From: a virus | Lineage: Duplodnaviria > Caudoviricetes | DNA: 64,000 nucleotides | Strand: one strand, 5' to 3' | Virus record (IMG/VR): IMGVR_UViG_3300005336_000019 | Coordinates: 1 to 64,000 of that record | Shown here: in pieces, positions 45,689 through 53,732 of the stretch | Numbering within the stretch: position 1 is the stretch's first letter | Layout of the letters: each line of letters opens with the position of its first letter | Notes under the pieces: model-generated | Seen by the model: the letters and a program-made list of their open reading frames with translations, nothing else | Database searches by the model: none | Told to the model about the DNA's origin: nothing | Translations under genes and position numbers: made by a program

Positions 45689-46212
45689 TGCTTCTCCCCC
45701 ATGGCCACGGCCCTGTAGGCGCGCTCGGCCAGGATCTGGAGGTGGTCCAGGATGTCCTGCGGGGCACCTTCCTCCTCGGCCTGGCGGATCACATACGCCA
45801 CGGCGGCCGGGTCCTCCCGGTTCTCCCGCACCCGGCGCACGAAGCGGTGCTGCCAGTAGGCGCTCTCCTGCTTCATGCGCCACTCGCGCAGCGCGCGGAG
45901 CTGAATGCGAGCCCGCGTCCGGCAGTTCATGTCCGGGCAGCCGCCGTCGTGCGCGAAGTTGTGCAGGATGTCGATCCCGCTGATGATCTGCGGGGCCTTC
46001 TGGCCGTCGGGTGCCGGGAGGATGTTCACCTCGGTCGACTCGCCGATGCGCCAGCCCTGGCCCCAGTCGAGCAGCACGGTGCGCACCGGGTACGGGATGT
46101 AGTCGATCTCGTCGTGGATCTTCACGAGGAAACCGGCCGCGCTCTCACCATCCGGGTCGATCAGCTCCACGTACTTGCCGAGGTACTGGTCGAGATCGTT
46201 GATGTCGGTCAC
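45685..46212 (-). CDS. hypothetical protein
   Basis: GTGA overlap. Confidence 0.8.
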   Translation of the reverse strand: MTDINDLDQYLGKYVELIDPDGESAAGFLVKIHDEIDYIPYPVRTVLLDWGQGWRIGESTEVNILPAPDGQKAPQIISGIDILHNFAHDGGCPDMNCRTRARIQLRALREWRMKQESAYWQHRFVRRVRENREDPAAVAYVIRQAEEEGAPQDILDHLQILAERAYRAVAMGEKQ

Positions 46213-46472
46213 GTGTCCCTCCGGTTCATGATCGCGAGACGCGCCTGGGAGGCCCAGTTCCTGCGGCCCGGCACGATCTCCCGGTGCATCCGATCGGAGA
46301 AGGCTTCGCCGAGACTCGCGCCTTCCGGCCGGTTGTCCAGCAGCTCGATCGCCACGGTGACCAGCTCCAGCGCTTCCTCGTCGCTGAGCCCGGGGTAGAT
46401 CTTCCGGACCTCGTCCGTGATCGTCCCGAGCAGCTTAATCACGGGCCACCCGTCGTCGGGTCCGGTGTTCAC
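46209..46472 (-). CDS. hypothetical protein
   Basis: GTGA overlap. Confidence 0.75.
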   Translation of the reverse strand: MNTGPDDGWPVIKLLGTITDEVRKIYPGLSDEEALELVTVAIELLDNRPEGASLGEAFSDRMHREIVPGRRNWASQARLAIMNRRDT

Positions 46473-46912
46473 AGCCGGTCCGCCGTCAGGCCGACGACCG
46501 TCTCACCGGCCGCCACGACGTCCAGCTTCTGGATCACCGTCAGGTGGCCGTTGCGGATCTCCTGGCGGGTACCGGGCGAGCACGGGTGGACGAGGGCGGC
46601 ACCGGTCGTGCCGACGTAGACGATCCGGTCGGCGGCGTACGCGAGATCGGTGAGGCGGCCGTCGAAGGCGCTGCGGTCCAGCCGCCCCTCGACCTCGGCC
46701 ATGGAGGCGAAGACGACGATGGGGCGCCCTTCGCGGGCGACCTCCGCCTTCAGTGCGTCCACATCCACGTCGCCGCTGAAGTGCCGCATGTCGAAGGCGA
46801 TGCCCGCCTTCGAGACGATCTCGCGGATCCGGCTGTAGTCCGGCCCGGCCATCAGGACCAGAGCCGGTTGGCTGGCATCGCCGAGCAGGTGGTACGGGGC
46901 AACCTGTCCCAT
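46469..46912 (-). CDS. hypothetical protein
   Basis: RBS CGGAGAGGGAAGA. Confidence 0.8.
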   Translation of the reverse strand: MGQVAPYHLLGDASQPALVLMAGPDYSRIREIVSKAGIAFDMRHFSGDVDVDALKAEVAREGRPIVVFASMAEVEGRLDRSAFDGRLTDLAYAADRIVYVGTTGAALVHPCSPGTRQEIRNGHLTVIQKLDVVAAGETVVGLTADRL

Positions 46913-46961
46913 GTTCTTCCCTCTCCGAAGTTCCTTGCCAGTAAGGCAAGTTGGTCCTTCG

Positions 46962-46982
46962 ATTCTAACATGGCCCAGGCCA
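46962..46982 (-). promoter_or_regulatory. operator TGGCCCAGGCCA upstream of -10 TAGAAT
   Basis: Palindrome family. Confidence 0.65.
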
Positions 46983-47027
46983 TTGAGGATACGAGAACGG
47001 GCCCCTCCGTCAGGAGAGGCCCGTCAC

Positions 47028-47540
47028 TCAGCCGATCCGGCCGCCCGGCCAGACGAACGTTTTGATCTCGGTGTTCTTCAAGATCTTCAAGCACCCTGCG
47101 CAGGGCTGCTCGGTGATGTACATCGTGGCACCGACCAGGCGGCTGCGATCCGAGACATCCAGCAGGGCGTTCATCTCGGCGTGCACCGCGATGCACGTGC
47201 CGGGCCCGGTGTCGTACGAACTCCCGGGGGCCACCGACCAGGTGCAGGGCCACATCTCGCCGCAGGCGCACTGGCCGGTGAAAACCCGGCACTTGCAGTC
47301 CGGCGGGTGTGGCGGCCCAGGGCACCGCGAGATCTCGTAGTGCCTGCCGCGCGGGCACTCACCGGCCAGGCAGCTCTCGCCACCGCGCGGGCCGCCGTTG
47401 TAGCCGCAGCCGATGACCCGATGAGCCTCATCCAGCAGAACGGCCCCGACCTGTCGCCTGGTGCAGTCACCCCGGAGGGAGACGGCCTCGGCGATGCCGA
47501 GGGCCCAGGCGTCCCAGTCGGGGCGCTCCGCCGTTCTCAC
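47028..47540 (-). CDS. dCMP deaminase (ComEB-like)
   Basis: RPDWD...CTRRQVGA...GYNG...HAEMNAL...PCAGC. Confidence 0.92.
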   Translation of the reverse strand: MRTAERPDWDAWALGIAEAVSLRGDCTRRQVGAVLLDEAHRVIGCGYNGGPRGGESCLAGECPRGRHYEISRCPGPPHPPDCKCRVFTGQCACGEMWPCTWSVAPGSSYDTGPGTCIAVHAEMNALLDVSDRSRLVGATMYITEQPCAGCLKILKNTEIKTFVWPGGRIG

Positions 47541-47743
47541 GAAGTGACCGTGACGCCCTGCGCCTCGATCCCCTTCTTGCCCTGCTGGGTCTCGAAGACC
47601 ACCCGCTGACCCTCCTCCAGGCTGCGGTAGCCCTGGGCGTTGATCTGCGAGTAGTGCACGAAGACGTCGGGGCCACCGCCGTCCTGGGCGATGAAGCCGA
47701 AGCCCTTTTCGGCGTTGAACCACTTCACGGTGCCAGCAGGCAT
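47537..47743 (-). CDS. cspA: cold-shock protein
   Basis: [15 protein letters not shown]...DVFVHYS. Confidence 0.95.
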   Translation of the reverse strand: MPAGTVKWFNAEKGFGFIAQDGGGPDVFVHYSQINAQGYRSLEEGQRVVFETQQGKKGIEAQGVTVTS

Positions 47744-47811
47744 GTTTCTCTCCGGTCTCTCTGCTGTCTTGCCGGAGGAAATCTACCCTGTTTTCTCGGC
47801 CCGTGGTGGGG

Positions 47812-48054
47812 TCACTTCTCGTCGGGAAGCTGGTCCACGTAGGCGGCCTTCGAGCGCCAGCGCGTCGGGCATGCCGTGCACCGGATCTCGGAGTAGTCGC
47901 TGGGGGTGCGGTGGTAGCCGTTGAAGGCGGAGTAGTTCGCCTTCCTGACCGTCACCACCCAGTGGCCGAAGTGCTGCTTTCGGTTCCGGCATGCCGTTCC
48001 GGACCGGCCACGGTCGCTGACATGGCCGTGGCTGTCCCAGCCGGATCCGGTCAC
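47812..48054 (-). CDS. hypothetical protein (NYSAFNG...S...C..C...WR family)
   Basis: Recognisable motif. Confidence 0.8.
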   Translation of the reverse strand: MTGSGWDSHGHVSDRGRSGTACRNRKQHFGHWVVTVRKANYSAFNGYHRTPSDYSEIRCTACPTRWRSKAAYVDQLPDEK

Positions 48055-48482
48055 TTCATCTCCCCCGTCTCGTCGGTGGGCTTCATCTCCTGGGCGGCGC
48101 GCAGCGCACGGGCGGCGTCCTTCAGGAACTGCTCGACGTCACCGTTGCCCTCCAGGAACTCGATGTCGCCGAGGTCGCACAGCTCCTGGATGTTGCGCTG
48201 GGCCGACTTGATCCGGCGCAGCGCCTCGTCCAGGTTGCCGTGCAGGCTGCGCGCGGCCTGACGCATGAGCCGGTTCGTCCCGGCGATCTCGGTGGCCTCG
48301 TTGAAGATGTACTCGGCCTCGCTGTCGCCGCCTTCGGGCGCCTCGCCGAAGTCCAGGTCGGGCCCGAACGCGTAGCCGGTACCGCCCTTGCGGATGGCTT
48401 CACGCACCTCGCCCCAACGGGCGGTGTCGAGCGATCCGAGGATGGTGGCGACGTCGTACTCGCTCTCGATCTTCGTCGTCAC
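48051..48482 (-). CDS. hypothetical protein
   Basis: GTGA overlap. Confidence 0.8.
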   Translation of the reverse strand: MTTKIESEYDVATILGSLDTARWGEVREAIRKGGTGYAFGPDLDFGEAPEGGDSEAEYIFNEATEIAGTNRLMRQAARSLHGNLDEALRRIKSAQRNIQELCDLGDIEFLEGNGDVEQFLKDAARALRAAQEMKPTDETGEMK

Positions 48483-48691
48483 TGGCCACCGCCGTGGCCG
48501 AAGTTGCGCAGGGTGTGGCCGTTGCCGCCGTTCGCGTACGGGTCCGGGGTGACAGCCCGCTTCATGGTGCCGGTGGTCTCGTCGCGCACCATCGGCGCCG
48601 GGGCCGGGTGCGTCTCGCCGCCCTTGCCGCTGGTCGGCTGCTTCCAGGTCGAGCTGTCCACGGGCGCCTGCCCGCCGTCGTACGTGCCCAT
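48479..48691 (-). CDS. hypothetical protein
   Basis: RBS GAGGAGA. Confidence 0.7.
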   Translation of the reverse strand: MGTYDGGQAPVDSSTWKQPTSGKGGETHPAPAPMVRDETTGTMKRAVTPDPYANGGNGHTLRNFGHGGGQ

Positions 48692-48791
48692 CGCTTCTCT
48701 CCTCGTCCGATGACGGAACCCCCGATCGCCAGACCGGGGGTTCCGTGGGTTGCGATTCTTCAACTGTACCGAACTGTAGCTGAGTTGACTA

Positions 48792-49016
48792 CTACCCGAA
48801 GTGCATGACCGCGCGAATCGCCTTCACGTCGAACTCGGGGCCGCGATCCAGTTCCTTCACGAAGATCCGCACTTCTTCGGCCGTCGCCTTCGGGTACCGG
48901 CCGATCGCCTCTCGGATCAGTGCGGCCGTCGCCTCGTCCGGCATGTCCTCGGGACCCGGCGGCTGCCGCTTGATCGGCCGGTGCTTGCGCCTTCCGTCGT
49001 AGTACTCGCCGTACAT
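48792..49016 (-). CDS. hypothetical protein
   Basis: RBS GGGAGG. Confidence 0.75.
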   Translation of the reverse strand: MYGEYYDGRRKHRPIKRQPPGPEDMPDEATAALIREAIGRYPKATAEEVRIFVKELDRGPEFDVKAIRAVMHFG

Positions 49017-49025
49017 GACCCCTCC

Positions 49026-49316
49026 CTACCGGGTGAAGACCTCAAGGAGGAAGCTGCGGTCCTTGTCGTCGATCATGGCCTGAGCGAAGTCCTCCATGTA
49101 GATCGGCGGATGGTTGGACAGGAAAAGCTCGCTGAAGGTGATCTTCTGGAACGGGTCGGTATGGCGGGGGATGATCCGGTAGACCTGATCGGTGCCGACC
49201 CGGCGCACGTAGATGCGGCCGTTGCCGTACCCCTCCCGGTCCAACGTCATGACGATGTCGCGGAACTCGGTCGCGCCCTCGACCCGCGTCAGGTTCTTCT
49301 CCTGCCAGGTCATCAC
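49026..49316 (-). CDS. hypothetical protein
   Basis: ORF tiling. Confidence 0.75.
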   Translation of the reverse strand: MMTWQEKNLTRVEGATEFRDIVMTLDREGYGNGRIYVRRVGTDQVYRIIPRHTDPFQKITFSELFLSNHPPIYMEDFAQAMIDDKDRSFLLEVFTR

Positions 49317-49840
49317 TTCTCACCCTTCTCCAGCTCGGCCTGAACCTGGTCGGCGAGACCCTTGGTGCCCTTGTAGACATGCAGGCGGTTGACGTAGTTC
49401 CGCATGTACTCGCCCGCGTCGTACGCCTCCTTGACCGCTCGGGCCAGCTCCTGCTCCTCGCTGGGCGTCAGGCGGCGCAGCACCTCGTCGCTGCTGTAGC
49501 CCGTGGTGCTGACGGTGAGCTGACCGTTGCCGCCACCCGACACGCTGTCCCAGGCGATCATCAGGTTTCCGGTCCCGCTGTGGATGCCGGTGACGACGCC
49601 GTGCTTCACCTTGAGGTAGCCGTTGTTCTTGCTCTCGACCACCGTGATGGGGATGTTGACGGCCTTCTTCTTCACGCGCATCACGCGGTCGATATCGGCG
49701 ACCAGCTTGGCCCTGGTGGGCTGCTTCAGGTCGCGGCCGTCCACCTCGGTCAGCCAGTCACCGTCGTCGTTCACGCGCAGCTTGAACCAGGCCCCAGCGT
49801 GCTTGATGACCCCTGCCTTGTACTCCGCCACGCCGCTCAC
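49313..49840 (-). CDS. hypothetical protein
   Basis: GTGA overlap. Confidence 0.8.
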   Translation of the reverse strand: MSGVAEYKAGVIKHAGAWFKLRVNDDGDWLTEVDGRDLKQPTRAKLVADIDRVMRVKKKAVNIPITVVESKNNGYLKVKHGVVTGIHSGTGNLMIAWDSVSGGGNGQLTVSTTGYSSDEVLRRLTPSEEQELARAVKEAYDAGEYMRNYVNRLHVYKGTKGLADQVQAELEKGEK

Positions 49841-50154
49841 CGACCGAACTGCGAGTCGAAAGGCGTGTCGTCCCACGGCTCCGGGTCGTCCGACGTGTCG
49901 CGCGTAGCCGTGTAGACCCACGTCCAGTAGACGTACCCCTTCTGCACGGGCACCTGCTTGGCGCTCTCGACCCAGTACGTCTGCCCCTCCAGCGTGGTGA
50001 ATCCGTCACCCTTGTGCAGGAAGGGGAGGCTGGGCACCGTCTGGCCGGGCGCCGAAGGGGTGATCATGATCCGGTATTGCTGGGGCCAGCCGGATGACAT
50101 GCCGGTCCGCTTCGGCAGCTCAATCACTGTGATCTCGTCGATCTCGTGGTCCAC
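49837..50154 (-). CDS. hypothetical protein
   Basis: RBS AAAGGA. Confidence 0.8.
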   Translation of the reverse strand: MDHEIDEITVIELPKRTGMSSGWPQQYRIMITPSAPGQTVPSLPFLHKGDGFTTLEGQTYWVESAKQVPVQKGYVYWTWVYTATRDTSDDPEPWDDTPFDSQFGR

Positions 50155-50298
50155 TTTTCCTTTTCCTCTCCGATACGAGAATGCGGGGGTCGCCTACTAC
50201 GACCGCAGGGGATCTTTCACCAGGAGAGCTGCCACGCAGATCACTGGAGTTGGCCTCACCCTGCCCAAGCGGAGTAAGGATTTCCGCAGGCACCGCCG

Positions 50299-50371
50299 TG
50301 CTCCTGGCAGGAATTGAACCTGCGACATCCGGATCCGGAATCCGGCGCTCTATCCCCTGAGCTACAGGAGC
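50299..50371 (-). tRNA. tRNA-Arg(CCG)
   Basis: Cloverleaf; anticodon arm CCGGA-TTCCGGA-TCCGG; no encoded CCA. Confidence 0.93.
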
Positions 50372-50380
50372 TTTCCTCTC

Positions 50381-50776
50381 TCACCAGATGTCGTACAGCA
50401 TCCGGCGAGGAACCTTCTCGGCCTTCTCGTACAGCCGACGTTCGAGTTCGCCCTTCGTGCGGCGCCCGGCTTCCAGCTTGCTCTTCACGTAGCGCCGGTT
50501 GGCGCGCTCGTGCTTACCAGCCCAGTAGGTCCGGCTGGAACTGGGGGTCCAGGCCCCGGTGTAGGTCCACCAGCGAGCGGTACGCCTCACCTTCCGGGGC
50601 TGCGGCCTGCGGCCCTGCCTCTCGGCGTCACGGAGTTCCGCAGCGCTGTAGCGCAGGTCGTAGACCTCGTGCTCGCGCACCGGAGTGATCGGCCGCTTGC
50701 GCCAGTACATCCTGTAGCCGTCAGGCCAGTCGCGCTGGTCGAACTTTCCGGGCGTGTGATGCGTCGTCTTGCCCAT
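50381..50776 (-). CDS. basic Arg/Trp-rich hypothetical protein within the tRNA cluster
   Basis: RBS AGGAGG; ends ...RMLYDIW. Confidence 0.8.
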   Translation of the reverse strand: MGKTTHHTPGKFDQRDWPDGYRMYWRKRPITPVREHEVYDLRYSAAELRDAERQGRRPQPRKVRRTARWWTYTGAWTPSSSRTYWAGKHERANRRYVKSKLEAGRRTKGELERRLYEKAEKVPRRMLYDIW

Positions 50777-50877
50777 CGGAATTCATCCTCCTAGGGCCGC
50801 GAATTTCGCGGACCTAGGTGAATCCGGTGACGATGTCCATCACCCCTCCAAGCTGTTCAGGCACGGTTGTTCCCAAG

Positions 50878-50975
50878 TGCGCGAGGCAGGGATCGAACCT
50901 GCACTGGACGTCTCCACAGGGCCTTTCCGAGTGCCCTGTTCGCCGGGCTCTGACTCGGAGTTCCCTTACACGCGC
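50878..50975 (-). ncRNA. tRNA-like RNA with aberrant D and anticodon arms
   Basis: Acceptor GCGCGTG/CTCGCGC; canonical T arm GCAGG-TTCGATC-CCTGC; 10-nt anticodon-position loop. Confidence 0.75.
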
Positions 50976-51066
50976 GACCGCACTGCGCAATGCGGTCCTT
51001 TACCACCGACTGTAATTCCGACCGGGTTTTTCAGACCACGGAAGGATATGGTGTCGTCGGCACACG

Positions 51067-51139
51067 CTCTCCTGACTGGACTTGAACCAGTAACATCCGG
51101 ATTAACAATCCGGCGCTCTGCCGGTTGAGCTACAGGAGA
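51067..51139 (-). tRNA. tRNA-Asn(GTT)
   Basis: Cloverleaf; loop TTGTTAA. Confidence 0.95.
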
Positions 51140-51274
51140 TCGAATCTGAAATTGTAGTGGGCCTCATCCCTAGCACCACGCGGCGCACCGACCTTGTTCT
51201 GCTGCGCTTCTCAACTGTTCCGGTTGTCGGGCGGATGGCAACCGGACCGCACTCCTATCTCCGCCACGTGCACG

Positions 51275-51346
51275 CTCCCCCGTCTGGACTTGAACCAAAA
51301 CTTCCGATTCCAGAGACCGGCGGTCTGCCAATTAACCTACGGGGGA
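51275..51346 (-). tRNA. tRNA-Gln(CTG)
   Basis: Cloverleaf; loop CTCTGGA. Confidence 0.93.
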
Positions 51347-51459
51347 TCGCTCTTGAATTGTTGGCAACCGGACGGCAATGCTTCCACGCATGGACTATCT
51401 TCGCATGTATGTCCCACCCGCCACAGTGGGGCTGCGTTGATAGCTTACCGTCCGGCCAG

Positions 51460-51535
51460 TGGCCCCGGCCCGATTTGAACGGGCGACCTCTCGCTTTTCA
51501 GGCGAGCGCTCTTTCGCGAACTGAGCTACAGGGCC
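51460..51535 (-). tRNA. tRNA-Phe(GAA)
   Basis: Cloverleaf; loop CTGAAAA. Confidence 0.93.
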
Positions 51536-51686
51536 TTGCACCCCTTGATGTATAGCTGGGCAGGGGCCGCCCTCCACTCGCCTCCCGGAGAAGGTTGGCT
51601 CATGGACTCGCTTTGCCTCACTCTCTGCCCGGTGGATAGTGGCCTTGTGAGCCACGAACTCCACCGGAATCTGCCTCCGAAGCCAG

Positions 51687-51760
51687 CGGTCCCGACGGGA
51701 TTTGAACCCGCGACCTCTCGGATGACAACCGAGTGCTCTGCCGAACTGAGCCACGAGACC
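51687..51760 (-). tRNA. tRNA-Asp(GTC)
   Basis: Cloverleaf; loop TTGTCAT. Confidence 0.95.
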
Positions 51761-51855
51761 ATTGCTTCTTACCGCTGTTGAGTTGAAAAGGGAGCCCCGC
51801 TTTCCCGGCCTCCGCCTTACGGCGGGGCTCCCGATAGACCCGTCAGGGGGTCTCG

Positions 51856-51929
51856 TGGAGATGGAGGGATTCGAACCCCCGTCCTTCCGATCCGTAGTCG
51901 GCTGCCCCATCCAACTGGGCCACACCTCC
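51856..51929 (-). tRNA. tRNA-Arg(ACG)
   Basis: Cloverleaf; loop CTACGGA. Confidence 0.93.
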
Positions 51930-52019
51930 ATCAGCCTTTCACCCTTCGCGCCAAGCGTGACCAAGGCAGGATCCAGGCCGACCGCATCCAAGCCCCAGGA
52001 AGCCGTGAGGATGCGGCAG

Positions 52020-52092
52020 TACGCCCTACTGGACTTGAACCAGTGACACGAGGATTAAGAATCCCCTGCTCTGCCAACTGAGCTAAGGGCGC
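52020..52092 (-). tRNA. tRNA-Lys(CTT)
   Basis: Cloverleaf; loop TTCTTAA. Confidence 0.95.
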
Positions 52093-52099
52093 GCGTTCT

Positions 52100-52222
52100 T
52101 CAGTTCTGTCTGTCGTCCTTGGGGCCCCAGTAGTGGCCCGTGTAGACGTGGACGGGGTATCCGTCCTTCTGCACCTTCTTCAGGTGCCCTTCGTACGTCC
52201 GAGCCTTGCACTTACAGCTCAC
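52100..52222 (-). CDS. small hypothetical protein (40 aa, MSCKCKARTY...)
   Basis: RBS AAGAAGGT before GTG. Confidence 0.6.
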   Translation of the reverse strand: MSCKCKARTYEGHLKKVQKDGYPVHVYTGHYWGPKDDRQN

Positions 52223-52378
52223 GATCGCACCTTCTTTCTTGTCCCGATTCCAACAGGAACCCCTGGTTTCCCGGGACAGCGTTCCACCAGGGGTCTGCCT
52301 AGCGTCCGGCCGGTTCTGTCCTCCCGATCCTTCTGCTGGCATACGGCTTACGGATTATGAGTCCGCGCCGCACCTTCG

Positions 52379-52452
52379 TATCCCTGACTGGACTTGAACC
52401 AGTGGCCTTTCCCTTATGAGGGGAGTGCTCTGACCGACTGAGCTACAGGGAT
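52379..52452 (-). tRNA. tRNA with CAT anticodon (elongator Met or Ile2)
   Basis: Cloverleaf; loop CTCATAA; lacks initiator hallmarks. Confidence 0.92.
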
Positions 52453-52457
52453 CTGCG

Positions 52458-52530
52458 AGCCCCCGACCGGAATTGAACCGATGGCATCCGACTTACGAAG
52501 ACGGCGCTCTACCGACTGAGCTACGGAGGC
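52458..52530 (-). tRNA. tRNA-Thr(CGT)
   Basis: Cloverleaf; loop TTCGTAA. Confidence 0.93.
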
Positions 52531-52798
52531 ATGAACTCCGGGTCCTAGGAGGGACGCAGACTTGCATGGGATAGCGAGCTGAGAAACAACGCTAGGCCCC
52601 GGAGTTCTGTCGGGAGAATCCTGCCCGATCTTTAATCGACCACCCGCTGGATCGATGGACAGGTTCCTCCCTTTGCGAGACACCAACCTCGCGATTCCCA
52701 GGCTGTAGACCTGGCGGCAGCGGGAACTGCGGACTCCGGGCGGAGTGGACGACGTCGTAAGGGAAAGAGGTACTTCCGATACGCCGCCCGGAGTCCAG

Positions 52799-52873
52799 TC
52801 GGAATGGCGGGATTTGAACCCGCGACCTCTCGCTCCCGAAGCGAGTGCTCTACGCAAGCTGAGCCACATTCCG
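52799..52873 (-). tRNA. tRNA-Pro(CGG)
   Basis: Cloverleaf; loop TTCGGGA. Confidence 0.95.
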
Positions 52874-52922
52874 ATTGAAGGTTCCCCAGGGTGACGGGGG
52901 GGTTGTAACCCCGGGGAACCAG

Positions 52923-52997
52923 CAGGGATAGCAGGATTTGAACCTACGACACGCCGCTTTGGAGACGGCTGCTCTGGCCGAACTGAGCTATATCCCT
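52923..52997 (-). tRNA. tRNA-Trp(CCA)
   Basis: Cloverleaf; loop CTCCAAA. Confidence 0.95.
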
Positions 52998-53086
52998 TTG
53001 CCCGCCGGGAAGGTTTCCCCTCCCGGCTACAAGTACTACTCTACCGCAGAACTTCGCTATCTCATAGCGGTTTTCGGTGACGAGCC

Positions 53087-53713
53087 TCACGCACGACGGA
53101 GGAAAGAGAAGCCCGTTCCACTGCTCGTGCACGTCTGAAGCGCCACCGAAGCGCCGAGACCGGCCGACGGGAAGGTGCCACCCTGGCTGCCCCGCTTCGC
53201 CCAGCCGTGGCCGTACACCCGGTACGTGCCCGCCAGGGCGCCCGAGCCGATGACCACCTTCCGGCCCACGGGCAGGTCATCCATCCAGGACCAGCCCATG
53301 TAGTTGTGCCCCGCCAGCGTCCTCACCCCTGCCGGGTAGTACAGCGTCAGCTTGCCCTGGTCGATGCAGCGCTGGGCCGACGCAACGGCCGACCCGCAGA
53401 AGACGTACCCGCCGATCCGGGTGACCGGCTCGGCGGGCTTCCTCTTCACCGTCTTGGTCGGCTTCGACTTGGGCTTCACCACGGGCTTCGGCTTGACCGT
53501 GGGAGCCTTCGTGCGGACCGGCGGAGTGAGGGTCGGCCGGGGCTCGGGTTTCGGTCCCTCGATCCGGCCGAGCGGTGGCAGCTCGATGCGCACGGAGGCG
53601 ACCGCTCGCGCCGTGGCCGGTCGCTCCTCCGTTCCGGCCGCCGTGGCGGCCGTGCAGGTCGAGGCCACCAGGACCCCGGCAGCACTGAGCGCCAGCAGTC
53701 GTCTCCGTCTCAC
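53087..53713 (-). CDS. secreted sortase-fold protein
   Basis: Signal peptide; Pro/Lys linker; LAGH and LQTC motifs. Confidence 0.65.
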   Translation of the reverse strand: MRRRRLLALSAAGVLVASTCTAATAAGTEERPATARAVASVRIELPPLGRIEGPKPEPRPTLTPPVRTKAPTVKPKPVVKPKSKPTKTVKRKPAEPVTRIGGYVFCGSAVASAQRCIDQGKLTLYYPAGVRTLAGHNYMGWSWMDDLPVGRKVVIGSGALAGTYRVYGHGWAKRGSQGGTFPSAGLGASVALQTCTSSGTGFSFLRRA

Positions 53714-53732
53714 GTCGTTCCGCCTTTCCGGA

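Noticed and set aside
50878-50975. tmRNA, tRNA-Sec or Y RNA identity for the tRNA-like element
   Set aside because: Too short, with no G3-U70 pair or tag ORF for tmRNA; no UCA anticodon loop for Sec; the ends form an acceptor stem rather than a Ro-binding stem.
50995-51065. Hammerhead-like CUGAAAA...CGGAA in the Asn trailer (minus strand)
   Set aside because: The core deviates from CUGANGA/GAAA and there is no UH cleavage site next to stem III.
50248-51172. Shared GGG(A)TGAGGCC(A/C)ACT in two tRNA trailers as a twister-sister-like core
   Set aside because: It lacks the GCAAGG, UGCAAG and GCUCA hallmarks; two short copies may be chance.
50170-52922. Theta (minimal HDV-like) ribozymes at tRNA 3' ends
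   Set aside because: I inspected the trailers by eye and could not assemble the P1/P2/P3/P1.1 topology with the catalytic C in J4/2; a descriptor search would be needed to exclude them.
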